DNA from: Paraspadella gotoi
Lineage: Eukaryota > Animalia > Chaetognatha
Length of the DNA: 64,000 nt
Assembly (NCBI GenBank): GCA_051294375.1
Contig: CM119268.1
Span: 1,462,549-1,526,548, forward strand
Direction: 5' to 3'
Shown: positions 1 to 14,316 of the stretch, one piece after another
Numbering within the stretch: position 1 is the stretch's first letter
How the letters are laid out: each line of letters begins with the position of its first letter
Made by a program: the position numbers and the translations under genes
The notes under the pieces: model-generated
What the model was told of the DNA's origin: nothing
Seen by the model: only the letters and a program-made list of their open reading frames with translations
The model's database searches: none

Positions 1-1434
1 AGAAAGGGGAGATCTTTCTTTTCTTTTTTTTAGAAATAGAAAAGCAAGGGGAGATCTTTCTTTTCTTTTTTAGAAATAGAGAAGAAAGGGGAGATCTTTC
101 TTTTCTTTTTTTTAGAAATAGAGAAGACTGATTAAAAAAAACAATCTTATTGGGTCTTTTAGTTTTTTGTTTTTTCTTTTTGTTTTGTTTTTTTTTATTA
201 TCTATTTTTTTATCCTATATCCTATGTCTTTGTTCGTGCTATTTTTTTTTTGTCTCATTGTTCGCCAAGTATTTGTTCTTTAATCTTTCCTTTTTTCCTT
301 TTTTTATTTGTTCTTACCCACCATCTTATTCGTTTCTTATTTGTTCTTTCTTTTTTTTTCTTTCTTGTTCTGTCTTTTTGATTCTTTTTTGTTCTTTCTT
401 TCTTTTTTTATTCGTTCTTTCCAACCGTCTTATTCGTTTTTTAATGTCGCGTTATTTAATGTTCGCTCTTTAAAAGTCGTTTTTCTCCAACAGACAGAGA
501 CTTTGTTCGAGTACAANNNNNNNNNNNNNNNNNNNNNNNNNNNNNNNNNNNNNNNNNNNNNNNNNNNNNNNNNNNNNNNNNNNNNNNNNNNNNNNNNNNN
601 NNNNNNNNNNNNNNNNNNNNNNNNNNNNNNNNNNNNNNNNNNNNNNNNNNNNNNNNNNNNNNNNNNNNNNNNNNNNNNNNNNNNNNNNNNNNNNNNNNNN
701 NNNNNNNNGACTCGTGGTTTTGATTTAATTACGCTTTTCTTTTCTTCTTAATTCTTAAAACAAACGGCCCATTTCTTGGCTTTAGTTTTTTTTTCTTTGT
801 TCTATTGGTCTCCATTTCCATTAGAGAAAATTAATGTCTCGTCTGCCCTTTCTTTCAAGGTTTGACTCAACGAGTGTACGACTGTACGACTGACTGTATT
901 GGTCCTGGCTCAATAGCTTTTGCGGGTAAATTTATAAGAGGCTGTGAAAAAGAGATAGACATTGTTGCCTGTAGTGCTTATACTTTCCACCGTCCTGATG
1001 CTTTCTCAGTTTATTCATGATACTTTCTTAATGTTGTTCCCCGTCAATAAAAGGAACGGGGAACCTGGAAGAAGGAAAAAGTAGACGCAAAGGAATCGCA
1101 GCAAATCGCCCACAACCTTTACACGCTGCGGCACGGGTCGGAAAAATATGTCGAGTCATGGGAAAACATTTTTTTTTAAATTAAATTACATTAATATCAA
1201 TACAAAATAATAATTTGCATCAAATGTTGTAAATTGTAACTTGTGTATTATTCAAATATTTTTTTTTAAATGCGAAAACAATTTTTTTAACAAAAATAAA
1301 TTATTGTTATTTTTCGGGTCTTTCCCGACATCGCGGTCTCCGTGTTCATCGCAAGAGCAAATGGCCGGAAATAGATACCACCATTTGCATAAAAACCTTG
1401 CGTGGGATAGCGATCGGTCCGTGAGAGATTGAGA

Positions 1435-1499
<65 letters not shown>

Positions 1500-2199
1500 G
1501 ACGAGATTTCGCTTTAAAATATAAAATAATTTAGCTTGGAAAGAACTCAGAAAGATAATGTTAAAAATAAGAGATGACGAGAGCCATGTTCAAATTTTTT
1601 ATGAACAGCTTAATCAGTTTTATAATCATTACTATTTTTGCAGACATGGTCCTTATGACGTATCACACATCTGAGCGAGTGAACAAACTGTCACAAATAT
1701 ATCTCAATTCACAGTTCATATTTTACACAATGATTCATGGCTTAGCTGATTAAAAAAACATAAATTTCTCTGAGGAAAAAAAATCATTAAAAACTATAAA
1801 AAAAAAACTGATAATGAGTCGCGAATCGACGACTGAAATTCAATTAATCATCGATCGAACGGAAAAATGGCGGAAATGGCCGGAAAAATTGAAAAATGGT
1901 GGGTATTGAAAAATGGCGGGAAAATTGAAAAATATGGCAGGGTGAAAAATGCGGGAAAATTGAAAAATGGCGGGGAAATGAAAAAAATGAGTAACGTGAT
2001 TCAGAGTTTCGACGCTCGTTTCCTTCCCTAGTTTTTAATTCTCTTTCTCCCTTTTTTCCCTTAATTTCTTTTTTTTTTAAATGAAAACTAGGATATGTAG
2101 TTGGGCATTTGCAATATGTTAACCCGCCTATAAGCATGTAACCTTCAGTCGTGACCCGGTGGCTCATTGAGTAATACTTTCAGCTCATGACCCTTAGCT

Positions 2200-2535
2200 A
2201 CAGGGATCGATCCCCAAAGAAGCCTGAGGAGACTAGAAGGGTTTACAAAGTTGCGGATAGTACTCTTCAGCAAACTTAGCTCCTTATCCAGGCGTGGGAC
2301 ATGGAGGCAGAACCGCTCAAACGGGACAGTGTGTAGTATACGTTGGTACGAGGCGTTGGAACCGGGAAAATCAAAATCGTGAATTGTGAAGTCGATAATG
2401 AAGTTGGTGAAGTATCCTGTGATGTTGAGGAGAAGGGAAGCAGCGAAGACAAAGTCGTTGAAGGCGAATGACGTTTTATTCCAAGACCGCCATCTTGAAT
2501 CCTCCACAGAAGCTTGTAAACGAAAGCAGCTTTCG
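2200..2535 (-). mobile_element. Possible degraded 3' end of a non-LTR retrotransposon ORF2
   Basis: KAAFVYKLLWRIQDG...PVPTPRTNVYY...SHAW resembles the C-terminal FYK..P..RT..SF..W pattern of CR1/L2-type LINEs. No RT core is visible. Confidence 0.3.
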
Positions 2536-2713
2536 TTTCGAAGTTCGTAGTTCGTAGTTCGTAGTTCGTAGTTCGTAGTTTCAAAGCTACAAGTTGAAAC
2601 TGAAATAGAAATCGAATCGTCGGCCGAATTAAATCTAAAGAAAGTCGACGAGGCCTTCAAATTTAATCTAATACGGAAGCCGACTAGATAACCAAGTAGA
2701 AACTGAAATAGAA

Positions 2714-2806
2714 GCCGACAAGACTGACAAGTTGAATCTTAAACCGTGGCCGACAAGTTGAATCTTAAACCGTGGCCGACAAGTTGAATCTTAAACCGTG
2801 GCCGAC
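2714..2806. repeat. 26-bp tandem repeat, with a nearby (GTTCGTA)n array at 2535-2580
   Basis: GACAAGTTGAATCTTAAACCGTGGCC x3. Confidence 0.85.
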
Positions 2807-4484
2807 GCTGCCTTGAATTTAAAATGAGACATAAAAGACGTTGAGTTCGTCTCTTTGGTTTAGATTGAGAGAAGCAGAAATTAAATACGCCGTGAAATCA
2901 GAGCAACTTCTCTCATCTCTGTATTGTTATGTAAATCTTTATTATATATATTTTACATTTTTAGTATATGATTCTCCTCTGCGCCATAGATAGAAGCGCC
3001 CGTCTTTTTTTGTTGGGGGGGCGGATTTTTTTGAGCGCCACTTTAACTGCGACGCTCAACTCAATTTCTTTTTCATAAAAAATTAATTCCCGATAAATGT
3101 TTCGCATCGAAGCGCGCAGCAGCGGCCGCAACATCGGCAGCGGCCGCAGCACCCGAGTCTCTCAACTCCCCCGCGAGTCGACAAGAAAAACTATTTAAAA
3201 AAAAAGACAAATACTAACAACTGTATAACAAGAGAAGCGGGAATTTAAAAGAAAAAGAGGTTTTTTTTGTCGAAGCTAAAGTGGAAACGAAAATTGACGA
3301 AAAAATAAAGACGACGAAAGAAGAAGAGAAGAAAAAAATCTTGTAAAAAAGAAGAAAAGTTGAGAAAGAAAGAGGAGAGAAAGATAGGTGAAGAAAAAAG
3401 TGGGGAAAGAGGAGAGAAAGATAGGTGAATGAAAAGTGAGGAAAAGAAGATGGAATATAAAAAGGTTAAGAGGAAAAAGAGAAAATACTATAATAAAATA
3501 CTATAATAATAAGAAGAACAAAGAAATGAAAAGTAGAGGAAATAATGAAAATAGCGAAGAAAAGAGAAGAAAAAATAAAAGTAGAGGAAAGAGAAGAAAG
3601 AAGAAAAGTGGAGGAAAGAAAAGAAAAAAGAAAAGTGGAGGAAAGAAAAGAAAAAATAAAAGTGGAGGAAAGAAAAGACAAAAGAAAAGTGGAGGAAAGA
3701 AAAGAAAAAAAAGGAAAAGTGGAGGAAAAGAGGTTCGGCGGCCGCGAATCGCTCCTTCGCTCAAGAAAGAAGCTTTCGCCTTCCATTAGACTTCGTCGAC
3801 TTTCGACTCGAAAAAAGTGGTTGACGTCGATTGTAAACAACAAAAAAAAAACAACTCAAAACATAAACACTCAAAAAAGAAAAGGGAGAGTTTGAAGGGA
3901 AACTTCGCGAACCAAATAAAAAAACAAAATGATTTTTGTGATGGTCGATGCGCGCGTGATTCCACTAACTGGCGTCGAATATCCTGGCTCTCACCTCTCA
4001 CCTCTCACCTCTCACCTCTCACCTCTCACCTCTCACCTCTCACCTCTCACCTCTCACCTTTAAGGGGCATGTTTAAACCAGTCACTCCATAATCAATCCA
4101 GGACGGGGATGGAATCCGGGACGTTGGGGTAGAACTAGGTGATTTAACCCGCAGAAACATTGAGAGTAGGCCGAGGGGAACCTCTGGCACCGGTGGCTAG
4201 TTGTCGTACCAGCGGTCGTATCAGCATAACACTGGCATTTTTGGAGCGTTCAAATCTTTCGGCCTTCATTTCGGGATCCTTGTTTCTATTTAAACCTTTT
4301 TGTCTTGTTTTGTTTTGTTTTTAACAGTTTCGTTTTGCTTATTATCTTTTTTCGAAGCGGCCATCGTTTACGATTCTTTTTTGAAAAAAAAAAAGGTTCA
4401 TTTTTTTCGACTGCCAAGAGAAAAGTAAACAAACAAAACCGAAACAAAGCAAACAATTTTGCGCATTTGCGGGGAGGAGTTGTG

Positions 4485-4586
<102 letters not shown>

Positions 4587-4678
4587 GAGTTTTTGATGAA
4601 ATCTATTCGTCCGAGCAGCGGGTGCTCAAGGGGCGTATGTTAATCAGAGCATTGTTGCGACAGAGAGAGAAAAGAGAA

Positions 4679-4757
<79 letters not shown>

Positions 4758-4881
4758 GAGGGGGAATGCAGAGAGAGACAGAGAGATAAAGGCAAAGAGT
4801 GACGCAGCGACGGAGAACTGAGAGGAATGCAAAGTGGAAGACAAAAAAGAGATGTGGGGAAGAGGGAGAGAGAGAGAGAGA

Positions 4882-4923
<42 letters not shown>

Positions 4924-4925
4924 AG

Positions 4926-4964
<39 letters not shown>

Positions 4965-5500
4965 TCGTCGCCTCGAATTCTCAAATGATTCCTCGCTTAA
5001 TTGAACCGACGCGTCTTCGGCCTAATCACCTCCAACCTCACTCCCCCCCTTTCCCTCAGTAAAGAAAAAAGGTCGCCATCTTTAATCTTTCAGAATTCAA
5101 ACGACCGGACAAACCTCAGCCCCTTTCCCCTCCCTCCCCCCCCACGAAAAAAAAAAGAAGTAAATCATCGTTGGATAAGAAGCTTCGAAGCTTCGCATGT
5201 ACACACAAGACGTCCGGGCCGCCATCTCGGCGCCGGCGGGAAAAGGTTTCCTCGCTAATGGAAATCCTTTAGCCTTAAGTTTCTTGGGGGTAAACTGCCC
5301 TAAATTCAAAGTCCCCACTCTTGTTCTGATCTTAAATGACCTCCTGGGTTTTGGGTTTTTTTTGTTTTTTGTTTTTTTTTTGTTTTTTTTTTTTTTTTTT
5401 AAACAGATATTTTTTTTTCAAAAAACGACAGTTTCGACTCTGTTTCCGAGACTTCATCATCGCTTTGAAAATTTTGAAAATGTGATAAAAGAAAGAGAGA

Positions 5501-5656
<156 letters not shown>

Positions 5657-7238
5657 GACAACAGATAAAAGTGAAAACTAAAAATGATATGACTAATAAC
5701 ATATGTTGTTAAGAAGGTAAAATGTCGAAAACGGACACAACTCTCCGCCCCCCCGCCCCAAAGCAAAACCAGATATCCCTAATCCTCCCCGCCCCTTAAG
5801 CCCCGCCCCTTCCCCCGCCCCTTTCCCCACTCCCCCCCTTCCGCCCTCCCCCTTCCTCCTTTCCGCCCTCCTCCTCCCGCCCCTGGATCCGGAAAAAAAT
5901 CCTCTTTACTCGTAATGAGTTTAAAGACGAGAGCGCCATCTCTCACCCAAAACCGCGTAGCGACACATAAAAGGACAAAGATGGCGACCGCGGTGGAGAA
6001 ATATTTTTGGGAGGGGGGGGGAAGAGGAAAGCGGCGCAGGGGGAGGCGTGGGGGGAGTGGCATGGGGGGGGAATGGCGTGAGAAAACGTTGCTGTGAGTT
6101 TTTTTTTTTTTTTTTTTTAGTTATGATTGGTAGAAAAATAAAAGGTGAGATTGATTTAGAGGAAATTTTGAGTACCTTTCGCGGTACAAATTAAATGAAA
6201 TAAATAAAAGATAAATAGTAATATTTATTTAATTTTGATAAAAAGAAATATATATGAAGAAAGGGGAAAGTCAAAAACGTATTGGTTAGAGAGATTGGAT
6301 GATAATGTCATTTAAGTAAGAAGAAACAGGAATTTCAACCTGAAACCAAAAGTGGATTTTAATTCTCAAGAATAGTCACAAGCAAAGACGGTGTCCAGAA
6401 ATTGAGACAGATTGATTCAATACAAAAATGGCCCAGTATTTATACAATACAATCGACACTGGCTCGTTTTCCCGATGTCATGAAGCCCGTCTTCTCATTG
6501 GTCAGTTCCAATGGTGATCCATCCAATCAGAGAGGCGCGGATCTTGGTTCTGATTCCATCAGCGATGAGATTTTGAAAATATTTTCTAAGAATTGATGGC
6601 GAAAAAAATATCGAGAAATTTTAAGGAAAAAAAAATTTAAATCCGAGCCAAAACAAAGAGAAACGAATTATATGCGAATTGGATAAGTTGAGGAAGAAAA
6701 AAACAAGCGAAAAACAATCCCTTTTTGTTTTTGTTTCGAGTTTTGTTTTTCTATTTAGAAACGCAGTTACGAAAAAAAAGAAACTCACGTTTTACAAGAG
6801 CTTTTATCTTGTTTTTGTTTGTGTTGCCCTTTTGTCTTTTCCGCTTGATTTGTTTATTGTCCCTGTGGCGCTGCCTAACGGCGGTTACCGAAACGTAGCC
6901 AGATTTTCCGATCTTTTGTTTGTTGATGATTTCAAATTCGAACCCGAGAGACATCCGACGGTGAGAAACAATGAAGGATCTATTGAACCCGAGACGGATA
7001 AGAAAATAACAAAAAGAGACAATGAAAATCAGTAGTTAATAGTACTTTATAGTTCATAGTTTATNNNNNNNNNNNNNNNNNNNNNNNNNACTACCTAATA
7101 GGTCATTACTCATTATTATTAAATACGTTATAATTTCGTTGGAATAAAACCATTTAGTTTACATATACTGATTCACAGACACGGTTGCTTTGTGGGGAGA
7201 AGAGGGGAGAGAGGCGGAGAAGAGAGAGAGAGAGGATG

Positions 7239-7303
<65 letters not shown>

Positions 7304-7367
7304 TCACGGGAGAAATTTTCTTTTGTTACGTAACTAGATTCATATACTAATTATTATCTAAGCTTAA

Positions 7368-8498
7368 AGGCAGGATCACTAACGCTAAAAATTGTAGAAA
7401 TCTCATTTAATGTATATTAATCATTTTCTTCGCGTTCCGCGTAAGAAGGTTTCTATAAAAAATATTTGAAAACTTTTAAAAAATCTACCTAAATGTTCAT
7501 AAAAATTTAAACAAAATTTTTTTCTCTTCGTAAAACTAGATTTTCCAAGAAGAAAAAATATTTTTTTAAAATGTAAGGTAATTTTTACAACCAAATTTTT
7601 TAAGCTTAAAACTGATTTCTTTACAGTAAGCTCAATTTCTACTTCTTTATATTTAATTCTTCTTTTGGTGGCCAAGTACGTACTTGGAGTGTATCCCCTA
7701 ATAAGTCTAAAAATAATAACTTCTACAGCATTTTCCTGACGGGTTTTTTATTGCTTTTTATGAGTTTTATGAGTTATCCAATTTATATTCAATTTGACTT
7801 TTTTAGCTTTATGCAAATGTTTATATCATAAAATAGTTGCCCTATTTTCTAGGGAATCTCTGAAAAAAAAAATCAAACCTGGATTAAGAAATTAAAAACA
7901 GTATAGGCCGCGTTTTTTTAAAGACAGTGGCGTTGAACAAACTCCATCATCATAAAATCCGTTGTTTGTTTGTATGTTGAGGTGAATCTTGCAAAGAGTA
8001 ATGAGTACGTAATTTAACTTTCTTGACGAAGAGAAAGTTAAAAAGAAGAGTTGCATGCTCAAACCGTTGGACTTTCTTGAAGAAAAATAATCTTGGGCAA
8101 GAAAGGGAAAAGGTGGGGAAGATTCATGACGCGCGTTTTTGGAAAGAACTTTTTTCGTTTCAAAGGATATCAAGGAATTAATTCCGCAAAAATTGACTAA
8201 ATAATAACATTTTCTATGAAGGAAGGCAAATTTTTGAAAGTATCTTTTCATAGAATTGGAGTTCCGTGACGCTAAAGCTAATTCATGCCAAATTTCATGA
8301 GAAACCGCCTACCGTTTGATCTGGCAACCTTTCAATAGGTTTCTTTTATTTTATATAGTACAAAAAAAATCGAAAAACGATGACGCCTTTGAAAAAAATG
8401 TAAAGTGGAACACATTTTCGGAATCGTCAGGAGAATCTCCTTTCGAAATCCGAGCTCGTTTTAGGCTATTATATTTGAATTGAGTGATCCCGGACACC
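7368..8498. mobile_element. Non-autonomous TIR DNA transposon with TTAA target duplication (Kolobok/piggyBac-type)
   Basis: TTAA at 7364-7367 and 8499-8502. Imperfect TIRs AGGCAGGATCACT / AGTGATCCCGGACACC. The empty site CTAACTTAAGGAAAC is visible in the next repeat unit (9390-9404). Confidence 0.7.
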
Positions 8499-8617
8499 TT
8501 AAGGAAACATATTTTTTTTTTTCCATTAAAAACGTCTCGTGTATGGTTTTTTTCAAAGATGAGAGCTTCATTTGAGGTCAAGAACGGAGTCACTCTTGAC
8601 CGCATAACAGTGGACAG

Positions 8618-9260
8618 TAAGGCGTAGTAAAATTCTCTAAATTTACTTTAATTAAAATTCTAAAAAGTGAGGAACGAACAAGCATTATAACTAATAGAAC
8701 ATTATTAATAAAAAAAAATTTATAATAAATTTACAATTTACTGCAGTAGGCTATATTTTATATTATATAAACCAATAACTGTTTAAAATTTTCAAAACAA
8801 GTTTTTCTAAGATTTTTTTTGCAGATTTGGATTCGTCCATAGAAAAGTTGATTCAAAAAGAAAATATAAATCTTTTTGTAAAAATTCTTCATTAAGTGGT
8901 CAATCAAATTTTAATAGAAAAAGCTTAGTTTTTAAGCTGAAAATTAACTTTTTTATATATTAAATATAGTTTTTTTAATTTTTAACCCACTTAATAAAAT
9001 GAATTTTTAAAAACGATTATATTTTCTTTTATTCAACTTTTGAGAGGAATTCAAATCTGCTAATCAAAATTAAGAACAAGCCTATTTTGAAATTTTTTCC
9101 GATTTTATAAGGAATAGTACACTATATACTAATATAGCCCTACTGCGGAAAATTAAAAAGCATAAAATTAATTTTTTTTACAAATTAATGTTCAACTGAT
9201 GTATGTTTGTTCATAATTGACCTTTTAGAATTTTCCGTATGTAACTTTCACTCGGCCTTA
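8618..9260. mobile_element. Non-autonomous TIR element with 8-bp TSD (hAT-like MITE)
   Basis: TSD GTGGACAG at 8610-8617 and 9261-9268. TIRs TAAGGCGTAGTAAAATT / AACTTTCACTCGGCCTTA. Empty site at ~9500-9508. Confidence 0.75.
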
Positions 9261-9266
9261 GTGGAC

Positions 9267-9307
<41 letters not shown>

Positions 9308-9409
9308 AGAGAGAGAAAGAGAGAGACATAAGGTCACGGAGATTTTTCTTTGGTTATGGTAACTAGATTTAACATATACTAATTATTATCTAACTTAAGG
9401 AAACATGTT

Positions 9410-9525
9410 TTTTTTTTTTCATTAAAAACGTTTCGTGTAATGTTTTTTTTCAAAGATGAGAGCTTCATTAGACGGAGTTGCATTCTTGACCGCACATGCA
9501 GTGGACAGAGAGAGAGAGAGAGAAG

Positions 9526-9556
<31 letters not shown>

Positions 9557-9575
9557 GAGAGAGAGGGAGAGAGAA

Positions 9576-9633
<58 letters not shown>

Positions 9634-10181
9634 AAGAAAATAGTGAAGGTCAGCAGGAAATGAGCGAAACGTTGGCGCGTTGGGGATTTGAGACTCAACC
9701 CAGGAGTTTGACGCGAAGTGGGGCGTGAAATGGCGCACAAGTGGCGTGATGTGGCAAAGACGTGGCGCGGAATTGGCGCACATGGCGTGATGTGGGAAGA
9801 TGTGGGTGCGAATTGGCCGTGGAAATTATGGCAAGACGTATGGGGATTGGCGCCCAGTGGAGTGAATGTGGCGCAAATTTGCGCACAGTGGTTGTGATAT
9901 GCAAGAGTGGCTCGAATTGGCGCAATAGTGGTCTTTTTTATTTCGCACCATGACCAACAACATGGATGCCATCATCCTTATTCCATCCGCGGACCTTCAC
10001 TTTTACGCGCTTGTTAAGCGCATCAATAGTGGGCGTGTCTCCACGAGTCACGACTGTGAAGACGCGCTGGAATTTTGACGCTCCACCTGCGAGCGTTTTT
10101 ACTTCCCGAGCGCATTAGCCTTGACTCGAACGCTTCCTGGTTTGAGAGAGAAACTGAGAGGGCGAGTTTAATTTTGAGTTA

Positions 10182-10232
<51 letters not shown>

Positions 10233-10754
10233 GAGAGTGAGAGAGAGAAAGGTCACGGAGATTTTCTTTTGTTAGGCAGTGACGAAACAAAGGAGGAAGG
10301 AGGAAGAAAAAAATAAAATGGAGGAACCTGAGAGCAAGTAAAAAGAAAAATAAGAAATGGAGGACGGAGAAAGAGAAAAGAAAAAAAAGGAAACTGAGAG
10401 GAAGTAAAAAAAAGAAAGAAAATTAAGGAAGGAGGAAGAGGAAAAAAACCTGAAAGAAAAGAAAAGGAGAAAAGAAGAAAAGAAGAAAAGTGAAGACTTG
10501 AAAGTCGACTCTTGGAAAAATAACAAAAGAAGAAAGAAAAAGAAGAAAAGAAGAAAAAGGAAGAAAAAGAAAAAGAGAAAAAGAAGAAAAGAAAGAAAGA
10601 AGGAAAAATTAAGAGAATTGAAAAACGGAGATGAAAGTCGATTTAATTCCGCGGCGGATAACCAAAATCCTTTGGGAATTTTGAAAGACAACTTAAAATT
10701 TTCCAACGAGAGGGAATGAGAGAGAGAGAGAGGGAGAGAGTAAGAGAGAAAAAT

Positions 10755-10789
<35 letters not shown>

Positions 10790-11408
10790 AGAGAGAGTAG
10801 ACTCTTACACACTAAGTCAAATGTCATCCTCAGAGAACCAAGTCTTTGCTGTTAGTGAGAACAATTGGACTAATTACGAGGCACAATAAGAAACAACCCA
10901 TCTTTACAAAAACCGTCGACCGAATGCAATTGCGTGCATTTGAGCAAAGAAATTGTTTCTCTCACTGGGGCAAAGAACGGGAGTGTTGAGCAGAGACAAC
11001 ATGAAGACATTGCAATGACTCAAAGATGACGAACGACGACGACGACCCAATCAAACTCACTAACCGTTTAGTGGATCAAACATTCTCACACCCGTCAACC
11101 GCTTACTTACCCTTTACCAAATTGTTAAAATGTTTGCGCTTGATTATGATTTTTTTATTTTCTATTTGACAGGTTAAGGTTTTTTTTATTCTAATTTTAG
11201 TTTTAATTTTAGTAAAATTAGTAGTTAATTAGTGTAAAGTGGAAAGTGAAAGTCGATTAAAGAAAGTCAGTCAGTCCGAAAAAGAAGAAACGAGTTAAGA
11301 AAAACCACACTCTGTCGTTAATTGGGCAACAAATAAATATGTTGCTGCTTTTTGACCTTGTACCTAAACCTCGGGGGCGAGAAAGAACTGGGGTGGATGG
11401 GAAGAGAA

Positions 11409-11453
<45 letters not shown>

Positions 11454-13692
11454 AGAGAGAAGAGAGAGAAAGAGAGGCAAGACGAGAGAGAGAGAACAGG
11501 GACCAAGTGGTGTCAAGCATCAGCGCAGGGAATTTATTGGGAAATCCCCTTTTGTGCCTTTTCGGCCAGCCTTCTCTCTCTCTCGCCCCTCCTCGCCTGG
11601 CCGACTTGCCAACGAGCCTACCACCACCTTCCTAGGCCGGACCCTGTCCAACCCCCCCCGACGGACCGGCGCCGGTCTGGCCTCGACGGGAGATTCGATG
11701 AGTTTGAAGCGGCGTCGCCCGACATCCGATGCGCGTTCGACCGAAACAACGTCGCGCGAAGCTCGAACCTTTGCCCTAGAGCCGACTTGCCGACTACTTG
11801 CGCCGACCTTGCCCGAACCTTGCCGACCTTGCCCGACCTGCCCGACCTCCACCCCTCGACTATTCCGACGACCGCGGGTCGGGGGAGCCGGGCAAAGTGA
11901 GTTCGACCTTCTCGGCGCCCCTTGGAAAATCCGAACTTACCCCGGTTCTCCCTCCCCCCCCGCTGCCAGCCTCAACCTCTCTTCTCACAAATAAAATCAT
12001 TTTTCCAGAAAAATCCCTTTTTTTTCATTGCGCCGCGAGTAATATTAATTCAATATTAATTCATTAATATTAATTAATATTAATATTATTTGAAATTTCG
12101 TAGGAGTTTTATAAATTAAAATCAACGTTTTTATGACTATGAAATTAAAGGTGAAAACAGCGATTTTTTAAAAGAATCAAGTCTCAATTTTACGCGGAGA
12201 TTGTGGAGTCGAAAGTTAAAGATTTGAAGATTTTAAATTCACATCGATTCGAAAAGTTAAAAAGATCTGAGTGGAAACGAGACTCAAAATTTCGGTTGCA
12301 TCGAGCGCCTTAGCGGACCGCAATTGGAATCTCGCTTTTCCTCTCAAATCCGTCCATCTCATCTGCATAATATCGGCGTTTTTTTTGACGCCCCAGTGAA
12401 TGGCGATGCAACACGGGTTATTGGAAAGAAGAAAGAAAGAAAGAAAGAAAGAAGAAAAGAACAGAAGAAGAAAGAAAGAAGAAAGAAAAATAATTAATTA
12501 ATAAAATAAAATAAATAAATAAAAAATAAATAAATAAATAAAATAAATAAATAATAAATAAATAAATAAATAAATAAAATAAATAAATAAATAAATAAAT
12601 AAATAAAATAATTAAATAAAATAAATAAAATAAATAAAATAAAATAAAATAAATGAATGAAGAATGAATGAAGAATGAATGAAATGATGAATAAAGGATA
12701 AATAAAATAAAGAAACATAAGCGAGAAAGAAAGAAAGAAAAGGAATATGGAAAAGAAGAAACGATAGGAATGAAAGGACAGGGATAAAAAATAAATAAGA
12801 AAGAAAAAAAAGAAGGAAAGAAATAAATTAGATTAACGTTCTATTCTAATTTCTCCTGTTACGAAATAACTATCTTTAAATATTCGAGGAAATCCAGCTT
12901 CTCTACCTTTTCCCCCGTTGCCTTCTTTTGCTCTTTATTACTGACTCGAAAATGCTTCATTCTTAGCGATCGACACGACATCTTTAAGCTCTTTCTTTTG
13001 TTTCTACTTAAGTACAGAATTCCGAAGGCAAGTGGTACAGCTGATTCTGATTGGTGCCCCGTGATTTCGATTAAGATTTCGATTAAGATTCTAATCGAAT
13101 TCTACACGTGGCAATCTTCAGATCTCAAAAGTTGTCCCACTGGGTTTTAGTTTCTTTTTTCAGAGCATTAAGAAACTCTTTATCAGATATCTAGGAATCT
13201 TATTTTTGTGTGATCGCTGGTTTGGTGGACTTTTCTTTATGAAGAGAAGCATCTCTTTTTGGTTAATATTGGCTTCAGAAACAAGTAAGAAAGACACTTT
13301 AAAATTTATATATATTTGCTAGATTTGTACTACAAATTGTTTTGTTATTCTTTGCCCAGGACTACTAACCTTTTACAGACTTACAACCACGGACATTATT
13401 TGTCCAAGTCCTGGGCTTCGTAGATCGTCGTCCTTTTCGGCCTTAGCCCGACGTCATCTACTCGAGACTCTGTCGTCGTCATCTCAGGCGTTTTGACCAT
13501 TTTTTTTCATTAAAACGTTTCGTGTATGTTTTTTTCAAAGATGAGAGCTTCATTTGAGGTCAAGACGGAGTCACTCTTGACCGCACACAGTGGGGACCAG
13601 AGAGACGAAGAGAGAGAGAGAGAGAGAAGAGAGAGAAGGAGAGAGAGAGAGAAGAGAAGGAGGAGAGAGAGAGAGAGAGAGAAGAGAGCAGA

Positions 13693-13725
<33 letters not shown>

Positions 13726-14276
13726 GAAGAAGAGAATGAAAGAAAATAGTGAAAGGTCAGCAGGAAATGAGCGAAACGTTGGCGCGTTGGGGATTTGAGA
13801 CTCAACCGGGAGTTTGACGCGAAGTGGCGTGAAATGGCGCACAGTGGCGTGATGTGGCAAGACGTGGCGCGAATTGGCGCACAATGGCGTGATGTGGCAA
13901 GATGTGGTGCGAATTGGCGTGATATGGCAAGACGTATGGCGAATTGGCGCTCAGTGGCGTGATGTGGCGCAAATTGGCGCACAGTGTTGTGATATGGCAA
14001 GATGTGGCGCGAATTGGCGCATAGTGGTCTTTTTTTAATTTCGCACCATGACCAACAACATGGATGCCATCATCCCTTATTCCATCCGCGGAACTTCACT
14101 TTTACGCGCCTTGTTAAGCGCATCAATAGTGGGCGTGTCTCCACGAGTCACGACTGTGAGACGCGCGGGAATTTTTGACGCTCACCTGCGAGCGTTTTAC
14201 TCCCGAGCGCATTAGCCTTGACATCGACGCTTCCTGGTTTGAGAGAGAAACCTGAGAGGGGAGTTTCTTTGAGTAT

Positions 14277-14316
<40 letters not shown>

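Noticed and set aside
4100-4285. snRNA or rRNA fragment (Sm-like ATTTTTGGAG at ~4237)
   Set aside because: No recognisable U1/U2/U4/U5/U11/U12 or rRNA sequence surrounds it; more likely a decayed SINE-like repeat.
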